Source of the DNA: a virus
Taxonomy: Duplodnaviria; Caudoviricetes
IMG/VR virus record: IMGVR_UViG_3300037424_000564
Span: 141,057-205,056 of that record
Length of the DNA: 64,000 nt
Direction: 5' to 3' (one strand)
A program made the position numbers and the translations under genes. Below, piece after piece: positions 1 to 10,651 of the stretch; within the stretch, counting starts at the first letter, position 1, and each line of letters opens with the position of its first letter. The notes under the pieces were generated by a model, which had not been told where the DNA came from, made no database searches, and was given only the letters and a program-made list of their open reading frames with translations.

Positions 1-1133
1 TTGAATTTACTACGAAGAAAGTCACCTAACCACAGAGTAAGAAATTCTTTCCAGAATTCATCAGTTAATTTTGATTTAGAAAATACTTCATCTTTCATGA
101 AATCCACAGATACTTTTTTAGGATTCATTTTGAATGATTGTTTTTCTTTGGTAAATACACCTTCATCTAGACAGAATTGAAGCAATCCAGAATACATAGT
201 CAAACCAGCTTCGAAGTCAATTGTGAATTTGACTTTTGTTTTTTCTTTAGCAGTTCTACATTTAGTAGTGGTAGAAGTAATCAAACCACCAGTAGTACTA
301 CCGTTACTAGCTTTCTCTTGTGCTTTGGTAAATTCATTGATGATGGATGCATTGTATAAACTACCAGAACCACCACCAATTACTTTACCACCAAATCCAC
401 CAATTTGATCATATACGTGATTAATAGCAATGATAGGTACGTTTTTAATACCTGCTCTCATTGTGCAAGTTCTGAAGAAAGCTTTGAGTTTGGATGCTCT
501 AGTCATATCTTTTGTTTCTGAACCAGATTGTGTATCGTCGATTTCTTTGTTGGTAGAAATATTACCAATAGAGTCAATTCCGATAATGACTTTATCTTCT
601 GGACCAACTTCATCAAGAATATTCAATACAGAAGTCATTAGGGATTCTACTGTGTCTACAGGGATATAAAGTAGTTTGTTAAGGTCGATGCCTCTTTGTT
701 TCAAATCTTCTTTATTATTATTAGCCATTTCTGTATCATAAAGTACAGCAAAGTATCCCATTGCTTGTGCGACTTTGATTGTTTCTAGCATTAGGAAAGT
801 TTTACCACAAGAGTTAATACCAGCTAATTGCCAGATACGACCAGAAGGTAAACCACCATCATATCTAGATGAAATTTGAGCATTTAGAAGAACGTTGCCA
901 GTTGAAATCCAATCTCGAATGGGATACTTATCAATTTCATCCTCTCCCATAAGTTGAGCATAATCAGAAGCAGATGAAGACATTAGACGTTCGCCAAAAC
1001 TCATTTTCTTTTTCTTTTCTTGTGCTTCTTTATCGTTGTCCTTTAGAATTTTCTTTTCTTCTCTGCTTAATTTAATACCATTTTCTTGTTTGAATCTTAA
1101 TTCCATTAGTTCTTTTTCAGTTACTTTTGCCAT
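1..1133 (-). CDS. uvsX: UvsX/RecA-like recombinase (3' end runs off the window; missing from the ORF track)
   Basis: Hand translation from the ATG at 1133 is open to the window edge: WISTGNVLLNAQIS, GGLPSGRIWQLAGINSCGKT (Walker A), LYDTE, IGIDSIGN (Walker B), INHVY, GGGSGSLYNAS. Confidence 0.93.
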   Translation of the reverse strand, partial: MAKVTEKELMELRFKQENGIKLSREEKKILKDNDKEAQEKKKKMSFGERLMSSSASDYAQLMGEDEIDKYPIRDWISTGNVLLNAQISSRYDGGLPSGRIWQLAGINSCGKTFLMLETIKVAQAMGYFAVLYDTEMANNNKEDLKQRGIDLNKLLYIPVDTVESLMTSVLNILDEVGPEDKVIIGIDSIGNISTNKEIDDTQSGSETKDMTRASKLKAFFRTCTMRAGIKNVPIIAINHVYDQIGGFGGKVIGGGSGSLYNASIINEFTKAQEKASNGSTTGGLITSTTTKCRTAKEKTKVKFTIDFEAGLTMYSGLLQFCLDEGVFTKEKQSFKMNPKKVSVDFMKDEVFSKSKLTDEFWKEFLTLWLGDFLRSKF

Positions 1134-1352
1134 TTAGTTCTCCTTAAAAAAGTTTTTGAATGTTTTATATACAGGGGATTCTTGAATCTTGAGACGTTTT
1201 CTAGCTCTTCTTATTAGATATTGTAAAAATCTAGGATCGCAACGCTCTAATCCTTCTCTAATAAGATTACCTGAAATATCTTCAAATAATAAAGAAATTG
1301 AACGTTCAGATTTTTTTGATTCAAATGCTAACTTCTTTATTATTTTATCCAT
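1134..1352 (-). CDS. Hypothetical protein (72 aa)
   Basis: ORF whose stop abuts the uvsX start (TAAATG); ends in YKTFKNFFKE. Confidence 0.7.
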   Translation of the reverse strand: MDKIIKKLAFESKKSERSISLLFEDISGNLIREGLERCDPRFLQYLIRRARKRLKIQESPVYKTFKNFFKEN

Positions 1353-1355
1353 ATA

Positions 1356-1826
1356 TTAATTCCAAGTTATTTTATGTTTTATGCTGTCACAATCTGAACA
1401 ATATCCGTTTACATTAATCTCTGCTGTTTTGTATGTATAATTACATATATGACATTCTTTAATACCTTGATTTTCCATTTCAACATTTTTCATAATTTTA
1501 TATGCATCATCGCCATATACAAATGTTTGATTAACTGAGTCGTAATAGTTTTCATCTTTAATTATAATATCTAACTTATTTATATGATCCAGCATTATTA
1601 TAGTATTCAATGCCGCTATTTGTGGGGAAATATTGATAGTAAAACTTAAATTAAAACAAACATCTTCATGTACATATAACATAATGAAATCTTCTGTTTG
1701 TAGTATTAAATTCAAATCATTGTAAATTAAATTGGTAAAAAATTCAGATCCAAATACTGTTTTAATATCATTTTCTATATTTGATAATTTACTATATGCA
1801 TCTTGAGTTTGTTCTAAACTACTCAT
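1356..1826 (-). CDS. Hypothetical protein with C-terminal CxxC...CxxC
   Basis: 156 aa ORF packed tightly in the operon. Confidence 0.7.
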   Translation of the reverse strand: MSSLEQTQDAYSKLSNIENDIKTVFGSEFFTNLIYNDLNLILQTEDFIMLYVHEDVCFNLSFTINISPQIAALNTIIMLDHINKLDIIIKDENYYDSVNQTFVYGDDAYKIMKNVEMENQGIKECHICNYTYKTAEINVNGYCSDCDSIKHKITWN

Positions 1827-3536
1827 TTATTCTATCTCCAATATCTTAGAAAATCCTTTTTCCATTATAACGTTATATGTCTTGTCAAAATAGCCAGAAT
1901 CAAGATCATTGTTGTGATTTATAGTTAATATACATTTATTCTGATAATCTGTATGTTCTTTGAGAATATCAAATAAAGAAACTGTTCCGGTTGCATCAAG
2001 ACCTGACATAACTTCATCAAAAATTAATAGATTAGTATTAGATTTTTTATTTTTATGCATTGCGAATTTTATAAAAGTAAATAGAATTGCAAGATCAATA
2101 CGTTTTTTCTCACCTTCACTGAAATTATGATAACTATAATCTTCTTTGTGTCTTGTATTTATAACCTCATTAAAGTTGGAATCAAAGTTAAAAATAGTAT
2201 TTGCATTGAATTTAGTTAGATATGTATTAAGTAGGCGATTAATAGATGGTAAATATTTATTAATAATGAGTGGTTTCATTCCATCATCAGAAAATAAACT
2301 TCGTAACACAAGAAGATGTTCTTTTTTATTACATAGCTTATTATATGTATCAGTAAGATCTATCTTTCTATTATTATACTCGTTAAATTTACTTTCGTCA
2401 ATTGTAATTACTTTCTCTCTAATGATAGAAATTTGTGATTGTAACTTATTAATTCTGTTTGTATTTTCGATAAGCCCATTATTGACAAAATTTTCATTAT
2501 TTATAATTCTATTCGCCTTATCAATGGAATCAAGAATAGATTTCAAAATTAATTTATATTCATCTAACTCAACTTGATAATTCTCTAATAATACTTTATT
2601 TTGATTATTATTTTCGTCATTATTTAAATTTATTATATTAGGGCAACTACCGCAGGTATTCTTGAGGAATAATATCTTCTCTTCATGTACACCAATAGCT
2701 ATTTCTAATTCAATTTTTTTGTTTTCGATTATATCTATTTTACTTTGGATATCAGTACGACTTTTGATAAGATTTGCTTTATCAATTTTCTTTTTATTAA
2801 TTATTTCTATTCCAGTTTTAAATTTAATATTTTTATCTTGTAATTCTTTAATTTCTTCTTGATATGATGAAATTAAAATGTCTGCTTCTAATTTTAATTT
2901 AGTTTGAAGATTTTTCATTTTTTCGAGATTAGCAAGTTCTTGTTCAATTAATAAATTAATATTATCAATATCTTTTTTTGTATCTCTAATTGTTTGGTCT
3001 GTTTGGTCTGTTTTAATTTTAAGATTCTTAGATATTGTAGTAAATAATTCAATGTCAAATAAATTTTCAATAATTGATCTTTTTTCTGCTTTATCTAATG
3101 TCATAAACGATGCAGATTTAGTAAGACTTTTAAATATAACTTGATTAGATAAATTCTCATTGAACCCAAGGATATCATCATCTAGAATTTGTTGATATCC
3201 TCGTTTGTTACTAGATACAGGAATTATCTCATTATTCTTATATATTTTAAATGTATCTGGTTTTAGAGTACGAGATATAATATATTCATCATCTTGTTTC
3301 TTAAATTTAAGATGTACTTCCAAACCTTTTTTATTTTTAGAATTTATTAGTTGTTTAATTTTTATTTTTCTATACGGTTTGCCATATAACGCAAAATAGA
3401 TAGCATCAATAATGGAACTTTTACCCATACCATTACTTGCTTGTATTTTACAAACTCCCGTAGTAAAGTCAAAAGTAGTCATATTATTACCATATGATAA
3501 TAAATTTTTCCATTTGACTGTTTTAAATTCTATCAT
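1827..3536 (-). CDS. gp46: Recombination endonuclease ATPase subunit (T4 gp46, Rad50/SbcC-like)
   Basis: Walker A ASNGMGKSS, coiled coil with central CxxC hook (CGSC), signature FSEGEKKRID, Walker B LLIFDEV, H-loop INH. Confidence 0.95.
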   Translation of the reverse strand: MIEFKTVKWKNLLSYGNNMTTFDFTTGVCKIQASNGMGKSSIIDAIYFALYGKPYRKIKIKQLINSKNKKGLEVHLKFKKQDDEYIISRTLKPDTFKIYKNNEIIPVSSNKRGYQQILDDDILGFNENLSNQVIFKSLTKSASFMTLDKAEKRSIIENLFDIELFTTISKNLKIKTDQTDQTIRDTKKDIDNINLLIEQELANLEKMKNLQTKLKLEADILISSYQEEIKELQDKNIKFKTGIEIINKKKIDKANLIKSRTDIQSKIDIIENKKIELEIAIGVHEEKILFLKNTCGSCPNIINLNNDENNNQNKVLLENYQVELDEYKLILKSILDSIDKANRIINNENFVNNGLIENTNRINKLQSQISIIREKVITIDESKFNEYNNRKIDLTDTYNKLCNKKEHLLVLRSLFSDDGMKPLIINKYLPSINRLLNTYLTKFNANTIFNFDSNFNEVINTRHKEDYSYHNFSEGEKKRIDLAILFTFIKFAMHKNKKSNTNLLIFDEVMSGLDATGTVSLFDILKEHTDYQNKCILTINHNNDLDSGYFDKTYNVIMEKGFSKILEIE

Positions 3537-4651
3537 TCATCCTCCATATTAAACGCTTCATCATTTGCGTTTTTATATTCTTCAATAGCACAATCAACCA
3601 ATAATGTTTTATCTATTCCCGGCTCAAATGTCATACCTTGAATACACGCTATTATCAATTCAAGAGTAGATTCTTCTTCTATAAATTTTTCATCAAATGA
3701 ACTAGAATCAAAGTCTTCAACAACATCTTGAGTCTGAACAACGCTAATTTTATAATCATTACATGATATGGATGATATACTAGCTTGATATGTTTCGAGT
3801 GCTAAAGGATTATCACTTTTTTTAACATATATTCTGACATAGTTATGTTTAGCTATATCTAGGGATTCTTCTTTTGATATAGGTTTTGATTCAGATAACC
3901 CATCAACTGTTAAATCACCGTTGTCATACCATATCTTTATAAATTTGGGATTTGTGTTATTTTCAATAAATCTCTTTCCAAAATTATCATCTAATACATA
4001 GAAACCTTTCTGTGTATTAAAATCATTCCAAGTTAATTGATATGGTGTGCCTATCATAATAACATTATCACGCTGAAAATTTATATGATAGTGTCCAGAG
4101 AATACATATTTATATTCCTTAAATTTAGTATGAGAGTATCCAGTTTTCCCTGTGATACCTTTTATCATAGGGAAATCTTTTAATTCAAGATGACCTATCA
4201 AAATATCACATTTTTTAGGAAATACCTCTTTATTGGTATCTACGATCCAAGGAACAAATCCTATAGTATATTTTTCTATAATCTTTACTTCTTGTTTGTC
4301 ATAAACGATTATATTTCTATATTCTCTTGTAGTTTTTGTTAAAGAATTTTGTGATATTTTATCTTTATAATAGGTATCATGGTTGCCTACCAGCATATGC
4401 AAAAATACATCATTAGAATCAAACCAAGCAAAAAATCTATCTTTAATTTCATCTAATATAAGCCAATCAATTTTTTCTCTGGAATGAAAAAAGTCGCCAG
4501 AGAAAATAACATTTTTGATTTCATTTTGGATGATATAGGGAAAGAATTGTTGTTCGAAAAAATTCATTTGTTCTTCAAACATTGAAACTGAAAAATTTGA
4601 TATTCCAAAATGTATATCCGACACTAAAGCTATTTTGGGATTAAAATCCAT
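3533..4651 (-). CDS. gp47: Recombination nuclease subunit (T4 gp47, Mre11/SbcD-like)
   Basis: SDIHFG, GDFFH, GNHD, GHLE and SGHYH metallophosphoesterase motifs; adjacent to gp46. Likely start MDFNPK at 4651. Confidence 0.95.
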   Translation of the reverse strand: MDFNPKIALVSDIHFGISNFSVSMFEEQMNFFEQQFFPYIIQNEIKNVIFSGDFFHSREKIDWLILDEIKDRFFAWFDSNDVFLHMLVGNHDTYYKDKISQNSLTKTTREYRNIIVYDKQEVKIIEKYTIGFVPWIVDTNKEVFPKKCDILIGHLELKDFPMIKGITGKTGYSHTKFKEYKYVFSGHYHINFQRDNVIMIGTPYQLTWNDFNTQKGFYVLDDNFGKRFIENNTNPKFIKIWYDNGDLTVDGLSESKPISKEESLDIAKHNYVRIYVKKSDNPLALETYQASISSISCNDYKISVVQTQDVVEDFDSSSFDEKFIEEESTLELIIACIQGMTFEPGIDKTLLVDCAIEEYKNANDEAFNMEDE

Positions 4652-5141
4652 CGTTTTGTTCCTGTTTACACTCTTCTGCTGCATCTTCATCATAAAGATT
4701 TATTTTATCTAATGAATACATACTCTGTTCATTAATAGTATCAAATTTTATTTTGGATTGAGTATCTTCGTTGTTCCAGATTTGACGAAAGGAAAATTCA
4801 GTGATTTGAGTGAAATATGAAAAGGCATTATTAGATTTTTCAACATTAAAATTATGGGCATATTTGACACAGGTTAAAATAGCTTCAGATCGCATTTCAT
4901 CGATATAAGTATATCCCCTCCATCTTGGTTTCAATGCATAATGATTTACTATTTTCATAATACAAATAGCAATATATTCTGTCATTGGTGTCCATTCTGT
5001 TCTATTCTTATCTCTATCATTTTCTGAATTCTCTGCTATCCATGCGGCTACTGCCTCTGTAAACTCTTTGTTGTTTACATAATGTGGATTTTCTGTAGCT
5101 CTTTTTGATAATTTTCTTTTTGGTTTTACTTTATCGACCAT
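4641..5141 (-). CDS. gp55: Late-transcription sigma factor (T4 gp55)
   Basis: HYVNNKEF...YTYIDEM...NFNVEKSNNAFSYFTQI; T4-like gp55-gp47-gp46 order. Confidence 0.93.
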   Translation of the reverse strand: MVDKVKPKRKLSKRATENPHYVNNKEFTEAVAAWIAENSENDRDKNRTEWTPMTEYIAICIMKIVNHYALKPRWRGYTYIDEMRSEAILTCVKYAHNFNVEKSNNAFSYFTQITEFSFRQIWNNEDTQSKIKFDTINEQSMYSLDKINLYDEDAAEECKQEQNDGF

Positions 5142-5375
5142 TTATTTCTCCTTCTTATTATCAAAATATTTTTTAATTACTGGAAAAATCAATTCATTGT
5201 AACATCTGTTACATAAATCAATCACATCTGTTCTTCCTGATATTGAATTAAGATCTGAGTCAACGTATCCGTTCATTATTCTACCTTGTGCCATATCTGT
5301 TAAATGACATTTATATTGGAATTTATTAACAGATCCTTCTTTCCCACAATGATCACAAAATTGTTTTGTTGCCAT
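5142..5375 (-). CDS. Small Cys-containing hypothetical protein
   Basis: 77 aa; CDHC...CNRC suggests a zinc ribbon. Confidence 0.65.
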   Translation of the reverse strand: MATKQFCDHCGKEGSVNKFQYKCHLTDMAQGRIMNGYVDSDLNSISGRTDVIDLCNRCYNELIFPVIKKYFDNKKEK

Positions 5376-5383
5376 AAATAAAA

Positions 5384-5436
5384 ATCCCCTTTGTTAGTAT
5401 ATAGACATTATATACCAACAAAGGGGATAGAGTCAA
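5384..5436 (-). promoter_or_regulatory. Long hairpin overlapping a sigma70-type promoter upstream of the gp55 operon
   Basis: Arms ATCCCCTTTGTT (5384-5395) / AACAAAGGGGAT (5417-5428); minus-strand TTGACT-18-TATAAT. Confidence 0.55.
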
Positions 5437-5456
5437 ATTTTAATCAAACTACCAAT

Positions 5457-5756
5457 TCACGGTAGTTCTGGTTGCATTCCTTCAATAATAGTTTTTAAAC
5501 TTTCAGAATCAAAACCTGCTTTTTTTAGATCCTCGATTAATTTTTCAGATGTTACTGTTAAAAAATATTCATCAACCTTTGTTTGAAGGTCAATTGTCCA
5601 TTTAATATCTTCTGCAATGATTCTACAAATATCACATGTAGTTTCAATAACATTATCACCACAATTAAAACATCTACATGTAGCTAATACTTTATGGCAA
5701 ATTTTACAGACTACTCGACCATGACCATTTAGTAATTTTTCATAATTAATTTTCAT
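5457..5756 (-). CDS. Hypothetical protein with CxxC pairs
   Basis: 99 aa ORF; CKIC, CFNC, CDIC. Confidence 0.65.
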   Translation of the reverse strand: MKINYEKLLNGHGRVVCKICHKVLATCRCFNCGDNVIETTCDICRIIAEDIKWTIDLQTKVDEYFLTVTSEKLIEDLKKAGFDSESLKTIIEGMQPELP

Positions 5757-5758
5757 TT

Positions 5759-7390
5759 TTATTTCCTTTTCGTATATTTACGTTTTGCTGGTTTAGCAGG
5801 GTTGAAATTAAGACAACCATCTTCAGGAAGATATTTAAAGGCATCTGGATCGCTACCACCAAGAACTTCACGAATTAGATCAGTAGTAGCATTTTCATAT
5901 ACTTCAATTTCTACTTTAGAAGGAGTCTCTTCTGTATTGTGAACCAGAAAGAGATTTTGTTTTGCTCTGGTACAAGCAACATATTTGAGATTGATTTCCT
6001 GCACCTTCTCCCAATCCATTCTGGCCCATTTGTTTTCAGCAGACTGCAACCAGAATACGTTGTTCCACTCACGACCTTTACTTTTATGAATGGTGGAAAG
6101 GATAACACAACCTTTCAGATCATCACCAAAGATATTGTCAATTTCCTCACAAACACTATCAATAGGAGTAGTGCATTTGGGGTTGATTTCCTGAACCCGT
6201 TTTATAATAACTTTGATACAAGCAACTTTATCTTCAATAGCAATTGCCTGTGATTCTTTTTCTTTGATACGATATTTCGCGGATTCACGATCACGGTAAG
6301 TATCAAGACGATCAATCAAAACGCTAAAGTTTTTGCATTTGTAACGGCGAACCAAAGTTTTGATAGAAGTTCCAATTTCACGACCTTCTACTTTAGCAGG
6401 AATCCCTTTGGCGATGAACTGGTATACCAGAGAGATAATAGGACGAGTGAAGCGACAAAGAATAGCATCACCTTCTTTTGCAGTTTCTGTGATGTTGGTT
6501 TTAAGAACTTCTACTTTACCAACAGGAGAAGAGGGGTGAGCAACAATATGTTTCACAAACTGGTTTGCGTAAGTAACGATGCTTGAAGGGCAACGATATG
6601 TAACAGTGAGAGGCATCTGAATAGCATCAACTGCGTTACCAATAAGGTCAAGAGCATCAGAATCAGCGCCAGTGAAACCGTAAATTGCTTGGTGGCGATC
6701 ACCAACAGCAACCAGTCGCCCCCCTCGTTTAAGCATTAGAAGGGCAAGAGCGCGTCGAGAAGCATTAGTATCCTGTGCTTCATCAATAAGAACCCAATCA
6801 TGTTCATATGCTTTAGCATGATGAATCAGGGGAGCAAGAATCATATCATCAAAATCAATAACATCAGTATCTTGTGCTACTGATTTAGTAAATACTTTTT
6901 TGGCGCGATTAAGGATAAGTTCATCGTTATCCATACAATCGATATTAAAGTGTTCGATAAGATTATACCATGCAGTGTCTTCATTTGGCACAACAGCACC
7001 AATAGCTGCTTGTTTTGCATAAGAAACGAGATTCACAGTAACAGTTTCAAATTTACGATCTTCATATTCAGTGAACATAGAACGATAAATGTTACGACAT
7101 TTAAAATTATCAACTTTAACATTACCAGCAACACGCCTCCAAATACCAAATCCAGCAGAGTGCATTGTTCCGATGTTTAGGCCAGTTTTATTGGGTGCTT
7201 TTGACTTGATTTCGTCGGCAATCTTCTTATTATAAGAACCAAAGAAGATATCACCTTCCATGAGTTTAAGAGCTTCAATCAGAGTAGTAGTTTTACCAGC
7301 ACCAGCTACTGCTTCGAGAACGCAAGAACCTTTACCAGTAGTGATCCAGTTGAAAAAGTTGCTCTGTTGCTCGGAAGGAATGAAAGTCAT
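5759..7390 (-). CDS. UvrD/Rep-family SF1 helicase
   Basis: AVAGAGKTT, IDEAQD, VGDRHQAIYGFTGAD, YRCP, STIHKSKGREW, YVACTRAK. Confidence 0.92.
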   Translation of the reverse strand: MTFIPSEQQSNFFNWITTGKGSCVLEAVAGAGKTTTLIEALKLMEGDIFFGSYNKKIADEIKSKAPNKTGLNIGTMHSAGFGIWRRVAGNVKVDNFKCRNIYRSMFTEYEDRKFETVTVNLVSYAKQAAIGAVVPNEDTAWYNLIEHFNIDCMDNDELILNRAKKVFTKSVAQDTDVIDFDDMILAPLIHHAKAYEHDWVLIDEAQDTNASRRALALLMLKRGGRLVAVGDRHQAIYGFTGADSDALDLIGNAVDAIQMPLTVTYRCPSSIVTYANQFVKHIVAHPSSPVGKVEVLKTNITETAKEGDAILCRFTRPIISLVYQFIAKGIPAKVEGREIGTSIKTLVRRYKCKNFSVLIDRLDTYRDRESAKYRIKEKESQAIAIEDKVACIKVIIKRVQEINPKCTTPIDSVCEEIDNIFGDDLKGCVILSTIHKSKGREWNNVFWLQSAENKWARMDWEKVQEINLKYVACTRAKQNLFLVHNTEETPSKVEIEVYENATTDLIREVLGGSDPDAFKYLPEDGCLNFNPAKPAKRKYTKRK

Positions 7391-7420
7391 GGTTTGCTCC
7401 TTTGGGGTTGATGTAAGAAG

Positions 7421-7449
7421 ATCATACCCTTTATTGATTTAGTTGTCAA
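7421..7449 (-). promoter_or_regulatory. Early sigma70-type promoter
   Basis: TTGACA-17-TATGAT upstream of an AAGGAG site and the helicase ATG. Confidence 0.8.
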
Positions 7450-7471
7450 TTATTTTCTAAAATATAATAAT

Positions 7472-7744
7472 TTACATCATTTCATTAATTCTACTTTTAT
7501 ATTCCTTTTCACGAAGGTCGCAAATAAGTTTATATTTTGGATTTTTCTTCATATTTTTGAGTTGTTGAATTTCTTTATCAAGGTAAGATTGTATGGATTG
7601 AATTGTGTGCCATTGGCCGGGACCAGCATCCCCATATGCTGAAATTTCACTACGATATTGTGATTCATTTTCAGCAAGAGCTTCCATACCATGCTGAATA
7701 CTTTCTTCGAGTTCTTCCAGTTTAGTACGAAAAAAATCTAACAT
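7472..7744 (-). CDS. Hypothetical protein
   Basis: 90 aa ORF with AAGGAG site and upstream TTGACA-17-TAATAT (7769-7797). Confidence 0.7.
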   Translation of the reverse strand: MLDFFRTKLEELEESIQHGMEALAENESQYRSEISAYGDAGPGQWHTIQSIQSYLDKEIQQLKNMKKNPKYKLICDLREKEYKSRINEMM

Positions 7745-7797
7745 AATAATTCTCCTTGATTTTGAGATATATTATAATTAGATTTTTTATTTGTCAA

Positions 7798-9327
7798 TTA
7801 AATTTTGAATATTTCTTCTTTTACATCCCAATTCTCTTTATCGTAATATTTCTTTCTGACTATATAATGGTCAAGTGCATAATTTATAAACCTAGTTTTG
7901 GTTTCAGGTATAATAAAACTTGCATTATCAATGATATCGAAAAGTCTAGCACAATCCTTATCTTTATGTTTTCTCAAGGATCTACCTATAGATTGAAGAA
8001 CTTTAATACGACTTTTGTATCCAGAAGCAAGAACCAAATTATTCAAATTTTTAACATTCCAACCAGCAGCTAAAGTTCCATAAGTAGCTAGAAGTATTAC
8101 ATTTGTGTTATTTTCTAAAAATGTTCTAACATCTTCTCTATCTTCTAATGGTGTATCACCATCTACATATAATACTTTTTCTGTTCCGAAATGATTTTCA
8201 AAATATTCTTTTAATAAATATCCATGTTTTGATTTTTTAGTAAATAAAACTAATGTATTACCTTTTAAATTATCTACCAATTTCAGAATGAATTTATTTC
8301 GTTCTTCATTGCTATACATTAGATTATTTTGTATCTGATATCGTTCTGCTGGTTTCGTTGCCTCTTCAGTAGCATCATAAATTTTACGTTTAAATTCAGA
8401 ACTATAATTTAATACAACTGAATATATTTTTAATTTAGCTATATAATCATTTTCTTGGAGATATTTGTATGTTGCTATTTCCACGATTTTACCAAAAGCA
8501 CCAACAATAGAATACCATTCTGCTGTGACTGATTCTGGATAAGTACCTGAAAACCCATATCTATATTCTGCATTGACACAATATCTAGCTAATGATTGTA
8601 TAGATCCTGCATCAGATGCTGCCTCATGCACTTCGTCACAAATAAGACAGTCAAAATCATTATATGGATTATCTTGTTTTACTTTTGGTGTTATTAATGA
8701 TTGCCATGTTGCTATAATTATAGGGCTATCATAAAACTTTCTCTGTCCACCATAAATACGATGACAGTATTTTTCTGCATTAAATCCATAATCAATAAAA
8801 TCTTTATACATTTGTTCTACCAATCCTGTTTTAGAACAAATCAAAATTACTTTCTTTTTCAAAAGCATCATGAATCTACATATAATATATATACATAAAG
8901 ATTTACCACCAGCAGTACTAATAAGTGTATTCATATTTTTATAACATAATGATTTATATATAGCTTCAAATTGATATGGTCTTACTGTAAGAGGTAGATT
9001 TAAAGATTCTATAAATCGTTGTAATTCTTTTCTATCAATTTTATTAGATAGAGGATAATTACAATCAATACTATATCCACCTTTTTCTGCAAATTCATAC
9101 ACCTTATAAACTAATCCGATAGGAAGTTCATTTGTTGAAATTTTAAAGAATCTAATTTTCCCATCCCACATTTTAGCCTTGTATTTTGGGGAGAATCTAT
9201 AATTAGTTGCAAAAGATGAAAAATAGTTATATAATTCTCTTGCAATGAATTCTTCACATCGGATGGTGACTGTGGAATGATCTTTTTTTAAAATTGAAAT
9301 TTGAGTTTTATTTAACATAGGAATCAC
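7798..9327 (-). CDS. uvsW: UvsW SF2 DNA helicase
   Basis: WDGKIRFF, RPYQ, STAGGKS, DEVH, FSGT, GWNVKNL, LQSIGRSLR, DIIDN. Confidence 0.95.
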   Translation of the reverse strand: MIPMLNKTQISILKKDHSTVTIRCEEFIARELYNYFSSFATNYRFSPKYKAKMWDGKIRFFKISTNELPIGLVYKVYEFAEKGGYSIDCNYPLSNKIDRKELQRFIESLNLPLTVRPYQFEAIYKSLCYKNMNTLISTAGGKSLCIYIICRFMMLLKKKVILICSKTGLVEQMYKDFIDYGFNAEKYCHRIYGGQRKFYDSPIIIATWQSLITPKVKQDNPYNDFDCLICDEVHEAASDAGSIQSLARYCVNAEYRYGFSGTYPESVTAEWYSIVGAFGKIVEIATYKYLQENDYIAKLKIYSVVLNYSSEFKRKIYDATEEATKPAERYQIQNNLMYSNEERNKFILKLVDNLKGNTLVLFTKKSKHGYLLKEYFENHFGTEKVLYVDGDTPLEDREDVRTFLENNTNVILLATYGTLAAGWNVKNLNNLVLASGYKSRIKVLQSIGRSLRKHKDKDCARLFDIIDNASFIIPETKTRFINYALDHYIVRKKYYDKENWDVKEEIFKI

Positions 9328-9340
9328 TTTTGAATTAAAT

Positions 9341-9369
9341 TTGACAGATTAGAAATCTGATGTTATAAT
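9341..9369 (+). promoter_or_regulatory. Consensus sigma70-type promoter for uvsY
   Basis: TTGACA-17-TATAAT. Confidence 0.85.
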
Positions 9370-9445
9370 GAACCTTAGGTGCCGCTGGAGTGGATAGATA
9401 TAAGGTAAATTAGCTAGTTGTATACTATTATTTAGGAGAGATAAA

Positions 9446-9880
9446 ATGAGTGAAACGGAGTTATCAAGGCAGGATAAAATTTATAAAAAGTTTAAGGAAT
9501 TAAAAATTGAAGCAGAAAATGTTGTTAAGCTTGACACCTATAAGATGTCAAATGCATTCAATAATAGTTCAGACATTGTTCGATGGATCACAAAAAAAAC
9601 TGAATGGTCAAGAGTTTTGAGAGACTTAGAGGTTAAACGTAAAAAAGCATATAGAATAGCATATGAATATTATCAAACTGAATTTGCTTTGAAACTCACC
9701 ACTAAGGATGAATATATTTTATTCATCGAGAGTGATGAGAATTATGTAAATCATATGCAACTTTCATTGTTAGTAAAAGAAGTCATTCAATTTATTGATT
9801 CAACAATTGATGCATTGAAAACAAAAGGTTATGATATTAAAAATTTAATTGAATGGAGGAAATTCACCAACGGGCAGTAA
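9446..9880 (+). CDS. uvsY: UvsY recombination mediator
   Basis: Helical 144 aa protein ending KGYDIKNLIEWRKFTNG, next to uvsW. Confidence 0.8.
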   Translation: MSETELSRQDKIYKKFKELKIEAENVVKLDTYKMSNAFNNSSDIVRWITKKTEWSRVLRDLEVKRKKAYRIAYEYYQTEFALKLTTKDEYILFIESDENYVNHMQLSLLVKEVIQFIDSTIDALKTKGYDIKNLIEWRKFTNGQ

Positions 9881-10651
9881 CTAACTGTAATAAATTTCAA
9901 TATTAGATAAGATATTGTGAATTTTTGATATCTTATCTGTATCTGAACTCAATCTATTTACTTTTAATTTACCTTGATTATTTATCATATACTGTTCCAT
10001 ATAATATTTTGAATATAATAAACCGCTTGTATGCATAAAATTTCTAGGTGATGAATATTTTGGAATTAAAAAATATTCAATATTAGCCAATTTATCAATT
10101 AAAAATTTAATATTATTAGAATCAATATAAGATTGATATTCTATGAATGGGAAGATAACTGTATCATACAGACTTCCCATTAAATTTTTTATGGCATTGT
10201 CTTTTGCTACTTTAGAATTATTTTCGATTGATACTCCCATTGCTGAAGGCATATCTACTGGGTCAGTTGGATTATTGAGTTTCATATAATTAATTAAATT
10301 AAAAACTGATTCCGGTATAGCTCCTAAGAATCTAGCCTGTTCAGTAACCGTCATCGTAGTAGTAATATCAATAGACGAATCTACTTTATATTCAAATTTT
10401 TTAGCTTTAGATATAATAGCGTTTAAATCATTTAGATTTTTGATTATTATATTATAATTTTCTGAAGTTAATAGATCAACAGCAAGCAATATATCAGATT
10501 TTATTAATGTTGATGTACGATATACAGTATCTAAAGTTTTTTTATTTATATTATATTCATTTATTACTACTGACGTTATAATATTAGGATCATTACTAGT
10601 AATAGGAAATGATTTCATATCTTCTTTTAATTTGTCTAAAAATTCACTCAT
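9881..10651 (-). CDS. Hypothetical protein in the baseplate operon (TAG stop)
   Basis: 256 aa ORF overlapping the gp5-like gene. Confidence 0.65.
   Translation of the reverse strand: MSEFLDKLKEDMKSFPITSNDPNIITSVVINEYNINKKTLDTVYRTSTLIKSDILLAVDLLTSENYNIIIKNLNDLNAIISKAKKFEYKVDSSIDITTTMTVTEQARFLGAIPESVFNLINYMKLNNPTDPVDMPSAMGVSIENNSKVAKDNAIKNLMGSLYDTVIFPFIEYQSYIDSNNIKFLIDKLANIEYFLIPKYSSPRNFMHTSGLLYSKYYMEQYMINNQGKLKVNRLSSDTDKISKIHNILSNIEIYYS

Noticed and set aside
5759-7390. Recent horizontal acquisition of the UvrD-like helicase, suggested by visibly higher GC
   Set aside because: gp23 and other probably highly expressed genes show a similar shift, so codon bias may explain it; this needs computed GC and codon statistics.
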